Shown here in pieces: positions 29,489 through 40,133 of a stretch of 64,000 bases of DNA. This stretch comes from a virus. Lineage: Duplodnaviria > Caudoviricetes. The stretch is from positions 53,328 through 117,327 of IMG/VR virus record IMGVR_UViG_3300037067_011041; one strand, 5' to 3'. The notes beneath the pieces are model-generated. The model searched no databases. It worked only from the letters and a program-made list of their open reading frames with translations, and was not told where the DNA came from. The position numbers and the translations under genes are program-made. Numbering within the stretch: the stretch's first letter is position 1; every line of letters begins with the position of its first letter.

Positions 29489-30060
29489 CCCTGGACGAAT
29501 ATCAACAACACTCTCGACACAACGGAGACAACATGCTTCTCAACGAATATCAGACTGGCGCAGTCAGCACGGCGATCTACACCGGCAAACTGGTCTACCC
29601 TACTCTCGGACTGTGCGGCGAACTGGGCGAGCTACTGGAGGCCATGCAAAGTCGACCCGCCAGTCGAGATCGAATCATGAAAGAGGCAGGAGATGTCCTT
29701 TGGTATGCAGCGAATGTAGCGGCTGACATTGATATGCAACTATCTGATATCATGGGCCGCGATGTTTTCGTGGACGACGATGAATGGTACGTTGCAGACA
29801 TTGTTGTGGAACTCCCTCTGTGGACTGGACAGGTAGCAGAAAACGCCAAGAAAATTCTTCGAGACAACGGCGGCGAGGTAACTGCCGACAGGTCAAAGAA
29901 GATCGCAGAGGCGTTGAAAAACATCATCCTTCTTCTGGAGCGGCTATGCGGCTCTTGCTTTTTTGGCTTCACTCTGGAAGAGTGTGCCCAACTTAACTAT
30001 GAGAAGCTAACCTCGCGGCAGGAACGCGGGGTGCTTCGTGGCGATGGAGACAATCGATGA
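29485..30060 (+). CDS. MazG-like NTP pyrophosphohydrolase (duplicated domain)
   Basis: LGLCGELGE, EAGDVLWY, N.EKL.SR..RG...GDGDNR. Confidence 0.9.
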   Translation: MTLDEYQQHSRHNGDNMLLNEYQTGAVSTAIYTGKLVYPTLGLCGELGELLEAMQSRPASRDRIMKEAGDVLWYAANVAADIDMQLSDIMGRDVFVDDDEWYVADIVVELPLWTGQVAENAKKILRDNGGEVTADRSKKIAEALKNIILLLERLCGSCFFGFTLEECAQLNYEKLTSRQERGVLRGDGDNR

Positions 30061-30515
30061 GACAACTTGTTTCGGCTTTGCTGTTCTACTATCTCGGAGG
30101 AGTTACTCTGGCGACGGCATTCGCGGTCGGCTTTGGTAACAGTGGCCTGGATGCCCTTGTTTCGGCTGCTCAGTGGCCGTACTATGTTGGCCTGTTCCTT
30201 GTCGAACTGTACTCGGCATGAAACTCAACCTGAAAATCGTCAGCATAAATCCAGAAGGTGATGGAGTAACTTGCCTGTATATCAACAATATGTTGCACAT
30301 GTACGGCGATTACTACCATAACAAAATCGATGACTGGATAGCTGGCTTCGTAGCCGGTCTTAACTTCGATCGGCCATCTACCGACAATATCGAGCCCGAG
30401 AACTGGTATGTCCTTGGAGAAAGCTATGAAGATCCAGATCAACTAGAAGATCTCATGCTAAACCCACCAAGCGTTTTTGCCGCTCTTCCAGCCCTAACAC
30501 AGGAGTATTGACGCA

Positions 30516-31400
30516 ATGCGGTGTTTGTTCCTCGTTTGTTTGCTTTCTGTGTCGGCGTTCGGTCAAACCGCATCCGAACTCCGTTCGCATGTCGAGTATC
30601 TCGCTTCCGATGAACTCGGAGGCAGGTACCCGGCAAGCGATGGCATGCAGAAGGCCAAGGACTATGTCCGGGCCGAATGCAAGAAACTTGGCTTGCAGAC
30701 GTACACGCAGGACGTGGCAGTCAAGGGCGGCACCTGCCAGAACGTTATTGCTGTGCTTGAAGGACAAGACCCCAGCAAGCGAATTGTCATTGGCGCCCAT
30801 CTGGACCACATCGGCCAGCGAGGCAACAACAGCCGCGACGCCTTGTACACGGGCCCTACGGTTTACAACGGGGCAGACGACAACGCTTCTGGGTCGGCGG
30901 CCGTACTGGCTCTTGCCAAGCGACTGGCCAATACCAAGCCTGGATGCACCTTGGAATTCCACTGGTACACTGGTGAAGAGCAGAATCTGCTTGGCTCCAA
31001 ATACTGCACACAGAGCCCGGTCGGAAAGATTGACGAGTACAAACTGATGGTCAATCTCGACATGGTCGGCAGGCTACAGGATGGGCTATCCGGGGACGCC
31101 CCATTCCCCTTCGACTTGACGCCTCTGTATGCCAAGTACCCGTTTGCCGAAGGCATAACCATTGCTCGTGACACCAGAGACAGCGATCACTCGTCCTGGT
31201 GGCAGGCAGGTGTCCCGGCCGTGTTGCTTCACACTGGCTTGCATCCGGACTACCACAAGCCCGGAGACGACGCGAACAAGATCAACTACGACGGGCTGGT
31301 AAAGGTGTGTCAGTACGCCTGCGATCTGGTGTGCATGATGGATCAGGAACTGGTGCCACACCAGCCGGTGGTGAAGCCGAACCGGCCGATCCTGTACTGA
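30516..31400 (+). CDS. secreted M28 aminopeptidase
   Basis: signal peptide; GAHLDH, GADDNASG, GEE, NLDM, SDH, YH..D. Confidence 0.92.
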   Translation: MRCLFLVCLLSVSAFGQTASELRSHVEYLASDELGGRYPASDGMQKAKDYVRAECKKLGLQTYTQDVAVKGGTCQNVIAVLEGQDPSKRIVIGAHLDHIGQRGNNSRDALYTGPTVYNGADDNASGSAAVLALAKRLANTKPGCTLEFHWYTGEEQNLLGSKYCTQSPVGKIDEYKLMVNLDMVGRLQDGLSGDAPFPFDLTPLYAKYPFAEGITIARDTRDSDHSSWWQAGVPAVLLHTGLHPDYHKPGDDANKINYDGLVKVCQYACDLVCMMDQELVPHQPVVKPNRPILY

Positions 31401-31527
31401 CCATGAGAATACGCCCGATTATTGCTTGGTACGACGTGTGGATCGGCGCCTACTGGGACCGATCCACACGTCGTCTTTATCTGATGGTGCCAATGGTTGG
31501 CATCGTCCTTGACTTTGGAGACCGCGA

Positions 31528-31818
31528 ATGAGATTTGGCTTGTTCATCTATTGTTTGTCCTTGGCGGTTTTGATTGCGTTATCATTGGTTATATTCAATG
31601 ACCTTGAAAGTCCTATTGGACTTAGCCAGACACAAGACATTATCCAGATGGTCGAAGAGGAGCCGACTCTTTCTTCAACCGTTCGAGAGTACAACGCTGA
31701 CGGCGTGATTACTCAACTGGAGTTTATCTACATCCGGAATCAGTTCTACTCTCTGCAAGAAGCAAGGGTGAAGGAAGAACTGGAAAGAAAGATCAACCCC
31801 AGACGGAGGCCATGTTGA
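31528..31818 (+). CDS. single-pass membrane protein
   Basis: TM helix; similar to 8913-9206. Confidence 0.6.
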   Translation: MRFGLFIYCLSLAVLIALSLVIFNDLESPIGLSQTQDIIQMVEEEPTLSSTVREYNADGVITQLEFIYIRNQFYSLQEARVKEELERKINPRRRPC

Positions 31819-32025
31819 CATGTCACGAAGTAGCTACATCTACTTGGCCGTCGACCGAGAAACCGACAAGACGCTCGCCGGGTTCACCGTGAAGTACGAG
31901 ATGTTCGACTGGCTGAAGTGGCACAAGAGAACACCGGCTGACACCCGCCTCTATCGCCTATGCGGGGTTAGATGGACCAAGACACTGGAAGAGAAGGCCC
32001 CGATCGAATTTGAATGGGAATAACA

Positions 32026-32187
32026 ATGGCCGATAGATTGATTGTGATGCTGCCTGGAATGACGTTGGGCTTGTACGCGTTGACGGCCGTCGCCTTCGCC
32101 ACGAAGAAGGAGTATGGCTGGTGCCTAGCCTACGCGGCCTACGCCTTAGCCAACGTAGGGCTTATCCTGGCATCACTTGGAAAGTAG
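32026..32187 (+). CDS. small two-TM membrane protein, last gene of the + block
   Basis: 53 aa MADRLIVMLPG...YALANVGLILASLGK; converges on the - block. Confidence 0.55.
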   Translation: MADRLIVMLPGMTLGLYALTAVAFATKKEYGWCLAYAAYALANVGLILASLGK

Positions 32188-32671
32188 GCTACTGCCTCAG
32201 CTTCTTCAGTTCGCCGAGGATCTCGCTGCGTCTTTGCTCAAGGTCTTTCCGGTCGACAGTGAACATTACGTTGTCGATAGCGGCCTCGACGCCAGCGAGT
32301 TCAATCTCCAAGGCTGAAATAGCTACCTGTGCCTGATAGGCAAACATCTGTTTTCGCAGGTTGCCCTTTGGGTTTACGCCCCTGCCGATTCGTTTTCGTC
32401 TCATTGGTCAGATTCCATAGTTGCGGCTGTTCAGACACTGATCGTACCACGCTTGACGGTTTTTACGCCTTTCTTCTGGCGTGTCCACGTTGTCAATTAC
32501 CATGTGCACATCGCACAACTCTCCATCAACATAGAACCGGGTGGTAAGCCGATTTCCTTGAAGCGTGGCGCCCATGCCAGTGCTAGATATTGCTAGCCGC
32601 AATTGCTCAAGCACTTTTTTCTCTTCGCTTGTGTACTCACAACGATACAGGTGTCCCATGATGCCTCCTGG

Positions 32672-33238
32672 TTACTTTACTCGAAAGACGACTTCGCCGT
32701 CTTCCCCGGCCCCCGTGTAAAGTTCTTCGAGTTTTGATCTTGGCAAATCGATCTCAAGATTCTTATCCAGACCGATGTAGATCAGTTCCGAATCTGGGTG
32801 AATCATATATGTCAAGTCTGAAACCCAGCCGCTGTGATCCGGTCGCGCTACCACGATAAGCTTGTCTGGTTCGCGCAAAAGGCTAACACGCTGGGCTGGC
32901 ATCGGCAGAAGGAAGTTGACACATTCCCTATGCACCTCTTCATTCGGCCGTGGCTCAACGGCCACTAGCTTGACTCCTCGTTTCACCAACGCTTTGGAAA
33001 ACACACACTGACCGGCCCCGACTTCGATCGTGACCCGCTCACCTGCATAGTCAGCAAACCAATCGCAGAATTGCGGGTACGGCTCAAAGTGAGTGACAAC
33101 GTTTGGTGGCAGCAGGTTGAACATATTGAGATCAAGCATCACAGTCTCCAGATCCAAATGGTCCCTATCTTCACGACGCGGCCGTCGACGATTTTTATAC
33201 TGGTCCAACCGGCGATGGCGTCTTCGTATTTCATGCAA
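32672..33238 (-). CDS. class I SAM-dependent methyltransferase-like protein
   Basis: IEVGAGQ motif I, AVEP. Confidence 0.6.
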   Translation of the reverse strand: MHEIRRRHRRLDQYKNRRRPRREDRDHLDLETVMLDLNMFNLLPPNVVTHFEPYPQFCDWFADYAGERVTIEVGAGQCVFSKALVKRGVKLVAVEPRPNEEVHRECVNFLLPMPAQRVSLLREPDKLIVVARPDHSGWVSDLTYMIHPDSELIYIGLDKNLEIDLPRSKLEELYTGAGEDGEVVFRVK

Positions 33239-33851
33239 ACGCTTTTGCTTCGTCAGGGGTCAGGTAGCCGGAGCCACCACATAGGCCGCACACTTGCCCC
33301 GTGAATTTGCTGATTTTCGTTGTTTCGCAGTCTGGGCAGTCGACTCGAACTTCGCAAGCGAAACGTTCGTCGCAGCATGTGTGGCGAAATTCTTGATCGT
33401 CACAGCGTTGCCACGGCAACTCGGTAACCACCGTCAGCAGTCTCCGTGCGTTTCGTCCGTCAAGATGAATGAAGCCTACAGGAATACCGGGGAAGTCTCC
33501 TCCGTCCCACCAGATGCCGCTGGTGACGCCGCGATAAACCATTGCCCCTTCGAGATCCGCTACACCCCGATCGATGCTTCCGACTATCACAAGGCCGCTG
33601 CCAAGTTCCTTGTACTGCTCGAAAGCGCTTTCAGCGTGCTTCTCAAGGCTGCCGATCAGTCCTTTGTTCCGGTCGCACCACCATGTGCTGCTGGGCTTGT
33701 ATGCGTAAGAGTAAAGATGCGCCTGGATCGATTTGCCATCTAGCCGTACTAGTTGACGCCTCTTCCGCATTGTATAGACATACACGCCCATTTGTTTTGT
33801 ATCCCTGTCCTTGAAAGTAGTCTTCGATAAGTAGGTAAAGAAGGTCTTCAC
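33231..33851 (-). CDS. hypothetical protein with a C-terminal DnaJ-type Zn finger
   Basis: CPDC...CGLCGGSG; true start probably MGVYVY. Confidence 0.55.
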   Translation of the reverse strand: MKTFFTYLSKTTFKDRDTKQMGVYVYTMRKRRQLVRLDGKSIQAHLYSYAYKPSSTWWCDRNKGLIGSLEKHAESAFEQYKELGSGLVIVGSIDRGVADLEGAMVYRGVTSGIWWDGGDFPGIPVGFIHLDGRNARRLLTVVTELPWQRCDDQEFRHTCCDERFACEVRVDCPDCETTKISKFTGQVCGLCGGSGYLTPDEAKAFA

Positions 33852-34544
33852 GTAAAGAGCGTTGAAAATTGCTACATCGCTGAAGGTCTACGCACACCCA
33901 GAACATGAGGGAGTCGCTCAAAACCTTCGTATCGGCCCCTTGTTGTTTCAGTTGCCAGACAACCGGGGCCAGCTTGCTCATAAGCGATTGCCACCGATCG
34001 TGTTCTTGCTCCTCGACATCCATGAGATGCCACGCCACGCCGCAGTACGGGTCGCATTCAACATATTGACGCTCATCAAACCAGTCGCTGATGATTGTGC
34101 GAAACGTAGTCAGGTCAACGTGGCTCATTGGTGCCCTACAGTTTGAACGAGGTTATAGCATACTCGGTTTTGCAACACACGCAATAGACGAGTACGCGGG
34201 TCTCACCGACGCCTGGGGTCGCGAGTATCTCTCTAAACCGGTCTCTCAGTCCGTCACCTTCTTCGTCCAAAACGGCCTCGAATTTGCTGTGTGCGCCGCA
34301 GTAAGGACAGGAGACGTAAAATGCAAGGCTGACGTGGGCGGCTACTTCTTTCATCGCCGCTCTCTCAACTCGGCCATTACGCCAGAAACCAGTGTGCACA
34401 CCCCGTTCCAAATACAGAAGCCTGCTGATGCCCCCACGGCCCCTGACCAACCGCATTGTGCTCCAACAATGGTGACGGCAAGAAGATGAAAAGGGGAAAT
34501 CTTCCAGTAGAACAGTTCGTTGTTACCCAGGCGTTCTTTCATAG

Positions 34545-34841
34545 TTACCACTCGTTTATCTCGGGTCCGTAAGCAGTGAACCGCATTGGTTCACCAGTCA
34601 ACTTCAGTTCGTCGTCCCACACTTCAAGGAACTCATCTAGCGGACGCAGGTAGGCCCGCTCGTCAGTTCCAAGACTTTCAACTTCTCCTTTCACAGAGAA
34701 GGTAGCCATCCCCATTGCCATGATGAACTCATCGAGGCACGCGTGCTCTTGCAAAATCTTGCGGGCAAGTCGCCTGACTTCCGCCAAGGCCAACTCTGTT
34801 GCCTTGTTGAAGTGAAATTCGATCTGCTTGTTGATTCGCAT
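34545..34841 (-). CDS. hypothetical protein
   Basis: GGAG RBS; follows the mini-tmRNA. Confidence 0.6.
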   Translation of the reverse strand: MRINKQIEFHFNKATELALAEVRRLARKILQEHACLDEFIMAMGMATFSVKGEVESLGTDERAYLRPLDEFLEVWDDELKLTGEPMRFTAYGPEINEW

Positions 34842-34852
34842 CTTCTCTCCAG

Positions 34853-34950
34853 TGGAGGTGTCCGGAGTCGAACCGGAATCCTAGCCGTACTCGCTACTTA
34901 CACATGGGCCTTTTCGCTCAAACGCACGGTAGTCGAAACCTGTCACCCCC
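34853..34950 (-). ncRNA. minimal tmRNA-like RNA (tRNA-like domain only, 98 nt)
   Basis: 5' GGGGGTG-ACAGGTTTCGAC and 3' GAT-TCCGG-TTCGACT-CCGGA-CACCTCC-A; G3:U70 Ala identity; stemless D loop; about 50-nt insert. Confidence 0.82.
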
Positions 34951-35362
34951 GGCTACTCTCTGATTCGTTATTTTCGTCCCAGTTGACGTCTTCCCAGAGA
35001 CAGACATCATCTTTGCTGCCTGATTGGCACATGTCTTCGAGCAACTTGTGCTTGAAGATAGTGATGTAGATCGTGTACCTGCTGCATTCTGAGGCTACAC
35101 AGTTATCCTTGAAGTCTTCTGGCAGGCTTAGTTGAATCTCGTTGAATCCAATCCAGATCGATTGGACGCCCTCATCAGTTGCTCCGCCGTAAGCCGACAC
35201 CGGCTTGTTCTTCGTTCGCATGTTCACGTGAAGCACGATGACGTTTTCGTCCCGGCACAGAAGACAGATGTCTTCAATGTGCCGCCGCTCGTCATGGTAC
35301 TTCACGTTGATACCGACACTATTGATGGTGTATCCTCGGTATGTTACGGGCTCGTTGTACAT
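34943..35362 (-). CDS. hypothetical protein
   Basis: 139-aa ORF; stop lies inside the tmRNA-like 5' end. Confidence 0.6.
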   Translation of the reverse strand: MYNEPVTYRGYTINSVGINVKYHDERRHIEDICLLCRDENVIVLHVNMRTKNKPVSAYGGATDEGVQSIWIGFNEIQLSLPEDFKDNCVASECSRYTIYITIFKHKLLEDMCQSGSKDDVCLWEDVNWDENNESESSRG

Positions 35363-35875
35363 CAGTCTTTCCTGCCGCTCTTAATCAGCTTCTCTGCGAA
35401 GTCGGACAGGTCCAAAAGGCAGTTGTACACTTCGTGGTAACCGCCAGAGTGCCCTTGTTCCCATGCATAACACTGGAGAGTAAGGATGCCCTCCGCATCG
35501 AGAAACTCGTCATAGCCGATGTCTTCGCGACAATCTGCCCAAAACTTGGCCTCCAGCCTGTGTTCTTCCTCATTGTAAGGCTTGACGGCTTCTTTGAACC
35601 AGTCGCGTACACGGGCCGGCACCGCCGCCAGCAGATCTTCACGCTCTTGGCCGGTAAGCCGCTGACTGTTGATATAGTCTATCAAACCGGCTTTGTACGC
35701 GACGCGGTCCGGATATGGAACGTTGTTTTTGTAGTCGTCGAAGTTCATTTCGTTTTCCTGTTCACTCGCTCTCTGATAGGCCGCATTGCCTCGTGCAGGC
35801 ATGCCATGTGATACACCTTGGCATTCCCGCTGGCTTTGATTGGCTTCTTACAGATGGGACACTTGGTCATTTTCA

Positions 35876-36544
35876 TCACAGTAGAATCGTGGTGCTGATT
35901 CCGATGGCGGCCAACATCTCCGCTTCTTCTTTAAGTGTAGCACACGGTTTGCATTTGTCAAGCCAATCCGGCCCGATTTCTTTACAAAGCATGTCATACC
36001 AAGTTGAACCGGCATCAAACCGTTCGCCGTCAGATGGCCGGAACATTGCATGGTGTCCATCGCCGTCGGCCGGGTTCCACCCAGTCAGAAGCACCTTCCT
36101 GCCATCTTCCCTGGTGTACAAACGGCACAAAGTGACAAGGGTCCGATGCCGCCTGTACTTGTCATCCTCATTGTGGATGGCGGTGACGACGAAGTACGGG
36201 ATGGCGTTGTCCACGTGGTCGAAGTGACTTGACGACTTGCTGTTGGCTCTCTGGACGAATGCCAACCACGGGTCACCGGGCTGGATGTCGTAGCTGTATC
36301 GCTCCCCAGGCACAACGACGATGTCGCCAACCTTGATGCGAGTCTCATACGGCTGGTCTCGGCAAGCCTCAGCCTCTTCCAGCGTGTCATACGACTTACC
36401 ACAAACAGGGCAGGAATATCTGATAGGCTGATCTTGGCTGATGAGTTTCGCCGCGTCTTTGCCGTATGCGTACCTCTTGGTCTTCCAGCTTCCTTCCTTG
36501 TAGATCTGGCATTCTTTGACGATTTTGGCGATATTGATGTCCAT
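35876..36544 (-). CDS. hypothetical protein with a C2H2/C2C-like motif
   Basis: CPVCGKSYDTLEEAEAC; GGAGG RBS. Confidence 0.65.
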   Translation of the reverse strand: MDINIAKIVKECQIYKEGSWKTKRYAYGKDAAKLISQDQPIRYSCPVCGKSYDTLEEAEACRDQPYETRIKVGDIVVVPGERYSYDIQPGDPWLAFVQRANSKSSSHFDHVDNAIPYFVVTAIHNEDDKYRRHRTLVTLCRLYTREDGRKVLLTGWNPADGDGHHAMFRPSDGERFDAGSTWYDMLCKEIGPDWLDKCKPCATLKEEAEMLAAIGISTTILL

Positions 36545-37229
36545 CAGTTTCCTCCCTTGAGGGCGTCGCGTTCACGCCGGGTGGCTTCAAGGTCGAACAC
36601 GAGGTAGCTCACGTCTAGCCGAAGCTGACTGAGCGTTTCTTTGACGAGATTCAGTATACGAAGACGTTCCTGGTCGGTGTCCCGGATGACTTCCGCAGCG
36701 AACCGCACATTCGGGTCGCTGTGTCGCAGAAGCATTTCCATAGCTTGGTCTTTGTTCATTCCCATCCTTTCCCTCTTGTCCAGCAGCAAACGATTCCACC
36801 GTCATGAATGTTGTCGCAGTAGAGACGTTCCAGTTCATCCAGTTGCTTTGACTCCACGTCCTTGCCGTCTCGCATGTAGTAGTTTTTGTAGCATCCCCAC
36901 ATGACTTCGTCCAAGCCCATTCTCTCAGCGATCTCCACGGCTCTGGCTAGGATCGCTTTTTCTGCTTCGTCCTTTGCCTGTTCGATCTTATCGACGATCG
37001 CTTGCAGTTCTTTCGTAATCATTTCAACCTTTCGTTCACCAATGAGATGAAAGCGTCCCGCTCGCTGTCGTCCAGGAATATCTTCCAGGCCATTGTCAGC
37101 CGCAAGTCGCACATCAAGTCGAGATCCTTGCACACGGTGCCGACCGCTAACTTCAGATCGGTAATCCCACGCCTGTGAGGAATGGTAAAGTGTCTTGGGC
37201 CTAGAATCATCGTTGTCTCCCGATACTAA

Positions 37230-37257
37230 AACATACCACACTTTTCGACGAAGTCAA
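37230..37257 (-). promoter_or_regulatory. sigma70-type promoter
   Basis: TTGACT-N16-TATGTT. Confidence 0.75.
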
Positions 37258-37258
37258 G

Positions 37259-37840
37259 TCAAATCGACAACAATTTCAGAATAGGCTCCAGGTGAGCGCT
37301 GTCGGCGTCAAGTTCAAGATCAACGAAGGCGAGGCCAGTTCCTCTGCACCACTCGACGTCATTGTCAATCAGATAGTCGATCACTGGTCGGATGGCGCGT
37401 AGGCAGAGGAACTCGATAAAAACTGTGTCGGAGTCATTAGTGACCTTCACGCCCGCAACAAAATCGAAGACATCCAGTCGCTGGGATAGCTCGTGCCGGG
37501 CCTTTTCCTCGTTTTCCTTACGGACGTCTGCTTTCCACATGCTGTCGGCTACTTGACGAAACTTGTCGGCCAAGTCAATGATGTCCGGCTTCTTGCTGTC
37601 GTCAAACACGGGGCGGAAGCGAAGCTTCTTGAAGTAGTTGCTGCCCCTTCCACCATTGATCTGCAACTCACAACGGCTGCCCGAGAGGCTGTGCCACAGG
37701 TACGATATGCTGTAGACCCGATCGACATAGCCAATCTTCATACGCCCGGCCCGCTTGGCGTCACATACAACAGTGAATCCCTCTTTCCGTAGCTGGTCGG
37801 CGACGGCGAGGATCGTTTCGATTTGTTTTGTTGTGTCCAT
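37259..37840 (-). CDS. hypothetical protein (leaderless)
   Basis: ATG at 37840, 6 nt after the -10. Confidence 0.65.
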   Translation of the reverse strand: MDTTKQIETILAVADQLRKEGFTVVCDAKRAGRMKIGYVDRVYSISYLWHSLSGSRCELQINGGRGSNYFKKLRFRPVFDDSKKPDIIDLADKFRQVADSMWKADVRKENEEKARHELSQRLDVFDFVAGVKVTNDSDTVFIEFLCLRAIRPVIDYLIDNDVEWCRGTGLAFVDLELDADSAHLEPILKLLSI

Positions 37841-37846
37841 ACTTAA

Positions 37847-37874
37847 AGCATACCACACTTTTCTGCAAAGTCAA
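37847..37874 (-). promoter_or_regulatory. sigma70-type promoter
   Basis: TTGACT-N16-TATGCT. Confidence 0.8.
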
Positions 37875-37885
37875 GTAAAGCGCAT

Positions 37886-37924
37886 AAAAATACCCCGCAG
37901 AGGGTTAGCTACCCCTCTGCGGGG
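37886..37924 (-). terminator. rho-independent terminator
   Basis: 12-bp stem CCCCGCAGAGGG followed by TATTTTT on the minus strand. Confidence 0.8.
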
Positions 37925-38050
37925 CGGAGACGGCGGGCACTCCATTCTCCCGATACAACCGCTTCATCGGCTCCACTGACTGGCTACGATCGATAGCTGG
38001 TCAGCTTCAACACCTCCGCGATTGCACAGTGCAAACGAATGACTGGCCCT

Positions 38051-38533
38051 TCAACCGGCTCCCATCCTTGATTCGATGATCTTTCTTGCCTCTTCCACCC
38101 CGATATCCTGGACGGCTTCAATCAGCCTCGACTCTGCATTGGCCTTGTCTTTCTGATTGAAATGTGCATCTCGGGCCTCTTTGTACTTCGTGTACAGTTC
38201 TAGCGGCAAGATGCCATACTTGTGAGCGTTCTCGATGCTTACCGTGTCATGTGTGTCTAGCTCGATGCTTCCATAAGATTCGCAGGCGCAGATATAGATG
38301 AATTTGCCGTCATCCGTTTTGATAAGCACGTCTTCTATTTCCAGGCCACGGGCTATCGATGCAATCGTCTTGCCTACGAGTCCGGTGATAGGGATCTGCT
38401 TCGCGTTGATAGCGTCCTGGCACTCTTTCTGGGCCTCGCGATAGTTCACTTCAAACGAGTGTTTCCTTGCCTTCTCGTTGACGACACCGAGTATCTGGAG
38501 CAACTTATCATCAACCATCAAAATGCCTTCCAA
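38051..38533 (-). CDS. hypothetical protein
   Basis: 160-aa ORF. Confidence 0.6.
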   Translation of the reverse strand: MEGILMVDDKLLQILGVVNEKARKHSFEVNYREAQKECQDAINAKQIPITGLVGKTIASIARGLEIEDVLIKTDDGKFIYICACESYGSIELDTHDTVSIENAHKYGILPLELYTKYKEARDAHFNQKDKANAESRLIEAVQDIGVEEARKIIESRMGAG

Positions 38534-39278
38534 CCGTCTTGAACCATCTTGAACATAGGTACGAGGGTAGCCACTTCAATGGTGGCTGGATTGTAATACC
38601 ACGGCCATGCCTTCCATGTTTTTCTGACTTTATCTGCTTCTGCAAATGTGTCGAAGACACAGATATGCTTTGGGATCTTGCCGTCGTGCTCTTCTTCGCT
38701 GGACCAGAACCAATCACTCTCCGACGCCCATGCAATCGTGCCCGCCTTCGTCATGACAGTCCCGTCGAAGGCTTTGGCTTCTTTGCACGTGATACGCAAA
38801 GCGTATACAATGGCCCCTGGTTGTCTGTCTTTGTTCATCGTGTCCTCAGATCGGCATTACTTCGACAGCGATATCGGTGTCGAATAGAGCGGCCTTGATT
38901 TCCTCAAGGATGAGCCCGTAATCGGCCGGATCATGCTCTTTCAGGAAGTCTTCCAGCCAAGGATCATCGCCCTCGAATCCGGACAACTCTCGCACGCCGT
39001 TCACAAGGGCAGCGACCGGGTTCGACGCCTCGACAATCATCATCTTCAGTTCGTTGTCGAAGTAATTCAAGTAGGCTACAGCGTAACGCATATTGTTTCT
39101 CCTGGTTTCTTTTCTCGGCATGTCTTGCACTTCCTGCCGGGACGGCCGGGAGGAATGTCCGTGCCGCACTCGATGCAATGCTTTGCATCGAGTTTGCGAA
39201 CGACCCGCCTGAAACGACCATCAAGATTAAAGAAGTCTGGATTCATTCCAAGCATCGCGGCCACCAACTCTGCGCGTC

Positions 39279-40133
39279 TCATAGGATTCTCGCTCCTGGG
39301 TATTTCCAATCATAGGTGATACGCCCATCTGGAAAGAAGATGATCTGACGAATATCGTTCGGGTCAGTAGTGTCCGTAAGACAGTTGCCGACGCACACGT
39401 TCTGACCATAATAGTCAAACACGCTGGCCCCATGTGGAAGCCGTAGAAGTTCCGTCCCCAGTGAGTCTAGGTGATCGTACAGTTCGCTCACCTTTAGGAT
39501 CGGTCGGTGGGAATCTACCCACTTGGCTACTTCGCTGTCAAGGGCCCTTTCTGGCCGATCCACCGGTCTAATGGTGCACTGCTCTACCTGAAAGTTCTTG
39601 CAGTGTGTCAGCAGTCGATCAACGTTGTCGAGACTGTCCACGCCGCCCTTTACCATAGTGCAGTTGATGCGAACTGCCATTCCGGCTTCATGCCCTCTGT
39701 CAACGGCCTGCCAGAAATTGTAGCTACTCGGCAGGCCCATAATATCGTCGCTGATGGCCGGGTCGTAGTGAGCCACCGAAATGCACACCAAGGTAAGCCC
39801 AGCGTCGGCCCACTCCTTCAACTCTTGGAAGGGCATCCTGAGTATGCCAACACCGTTGGTTTGAAGGTCGACCAACGGAAACTGGTGATCCATGCGCCAG
39901 AGGTAAGAGTTGATCGAACTGTTGTACAGCATCGGCTCGCCCTTGCCTGTCAGCAGCACGCTGATAAGGCCGTCACCGGCTGCCTTGGCTATTCGACAAG
40001 CTGTATCAAAACGATCCCAGCGGATGTCGGCCTTATCGCACGCCTCCGTCTGTGTCATCTTGCTGACACAATAAGGGCAACGAGCGTTGCACGCTGCGGT
40101 GCCAACCACAATTGAAAATGTGTGGGTCTTCAT
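39279..40133 (-). CDS. radical SAM protein
   Basis: CNARCPYC, TGKGEP, QTNG. Confidence 0.9.
   Translation of the reverse strand: MKTHTFSIVVGTAACNARCPYCVSKMTQTEACDKADIRWDRFDTACRIAKAAGDGLISVLLTGKGEPMLYNSSINSYLWRMDHQFPLVDLQTNGVGILRMPFQELKEWADAGLTLVCISVAHYDPAISDDIMGLPSSYNFWQAVDRGHEAGMAVRINCTMVKGGVDSLDNVDRLLTHCKNFQVEQCTIRPVDRPERALDSEVAKWVDSHRPILKVSELYDHLDSLGTELLRLPHGASVFDYYGQNVCVGNCLTDTTDPNDIRQIIFFPDGRITYDWKYPGARIL

Noticed and set aside
37925-38050. ncRNA or micro-ORF before the terminator
   Set aside because: Only one modest hairpin and poorly spaced SD/ORF candidates
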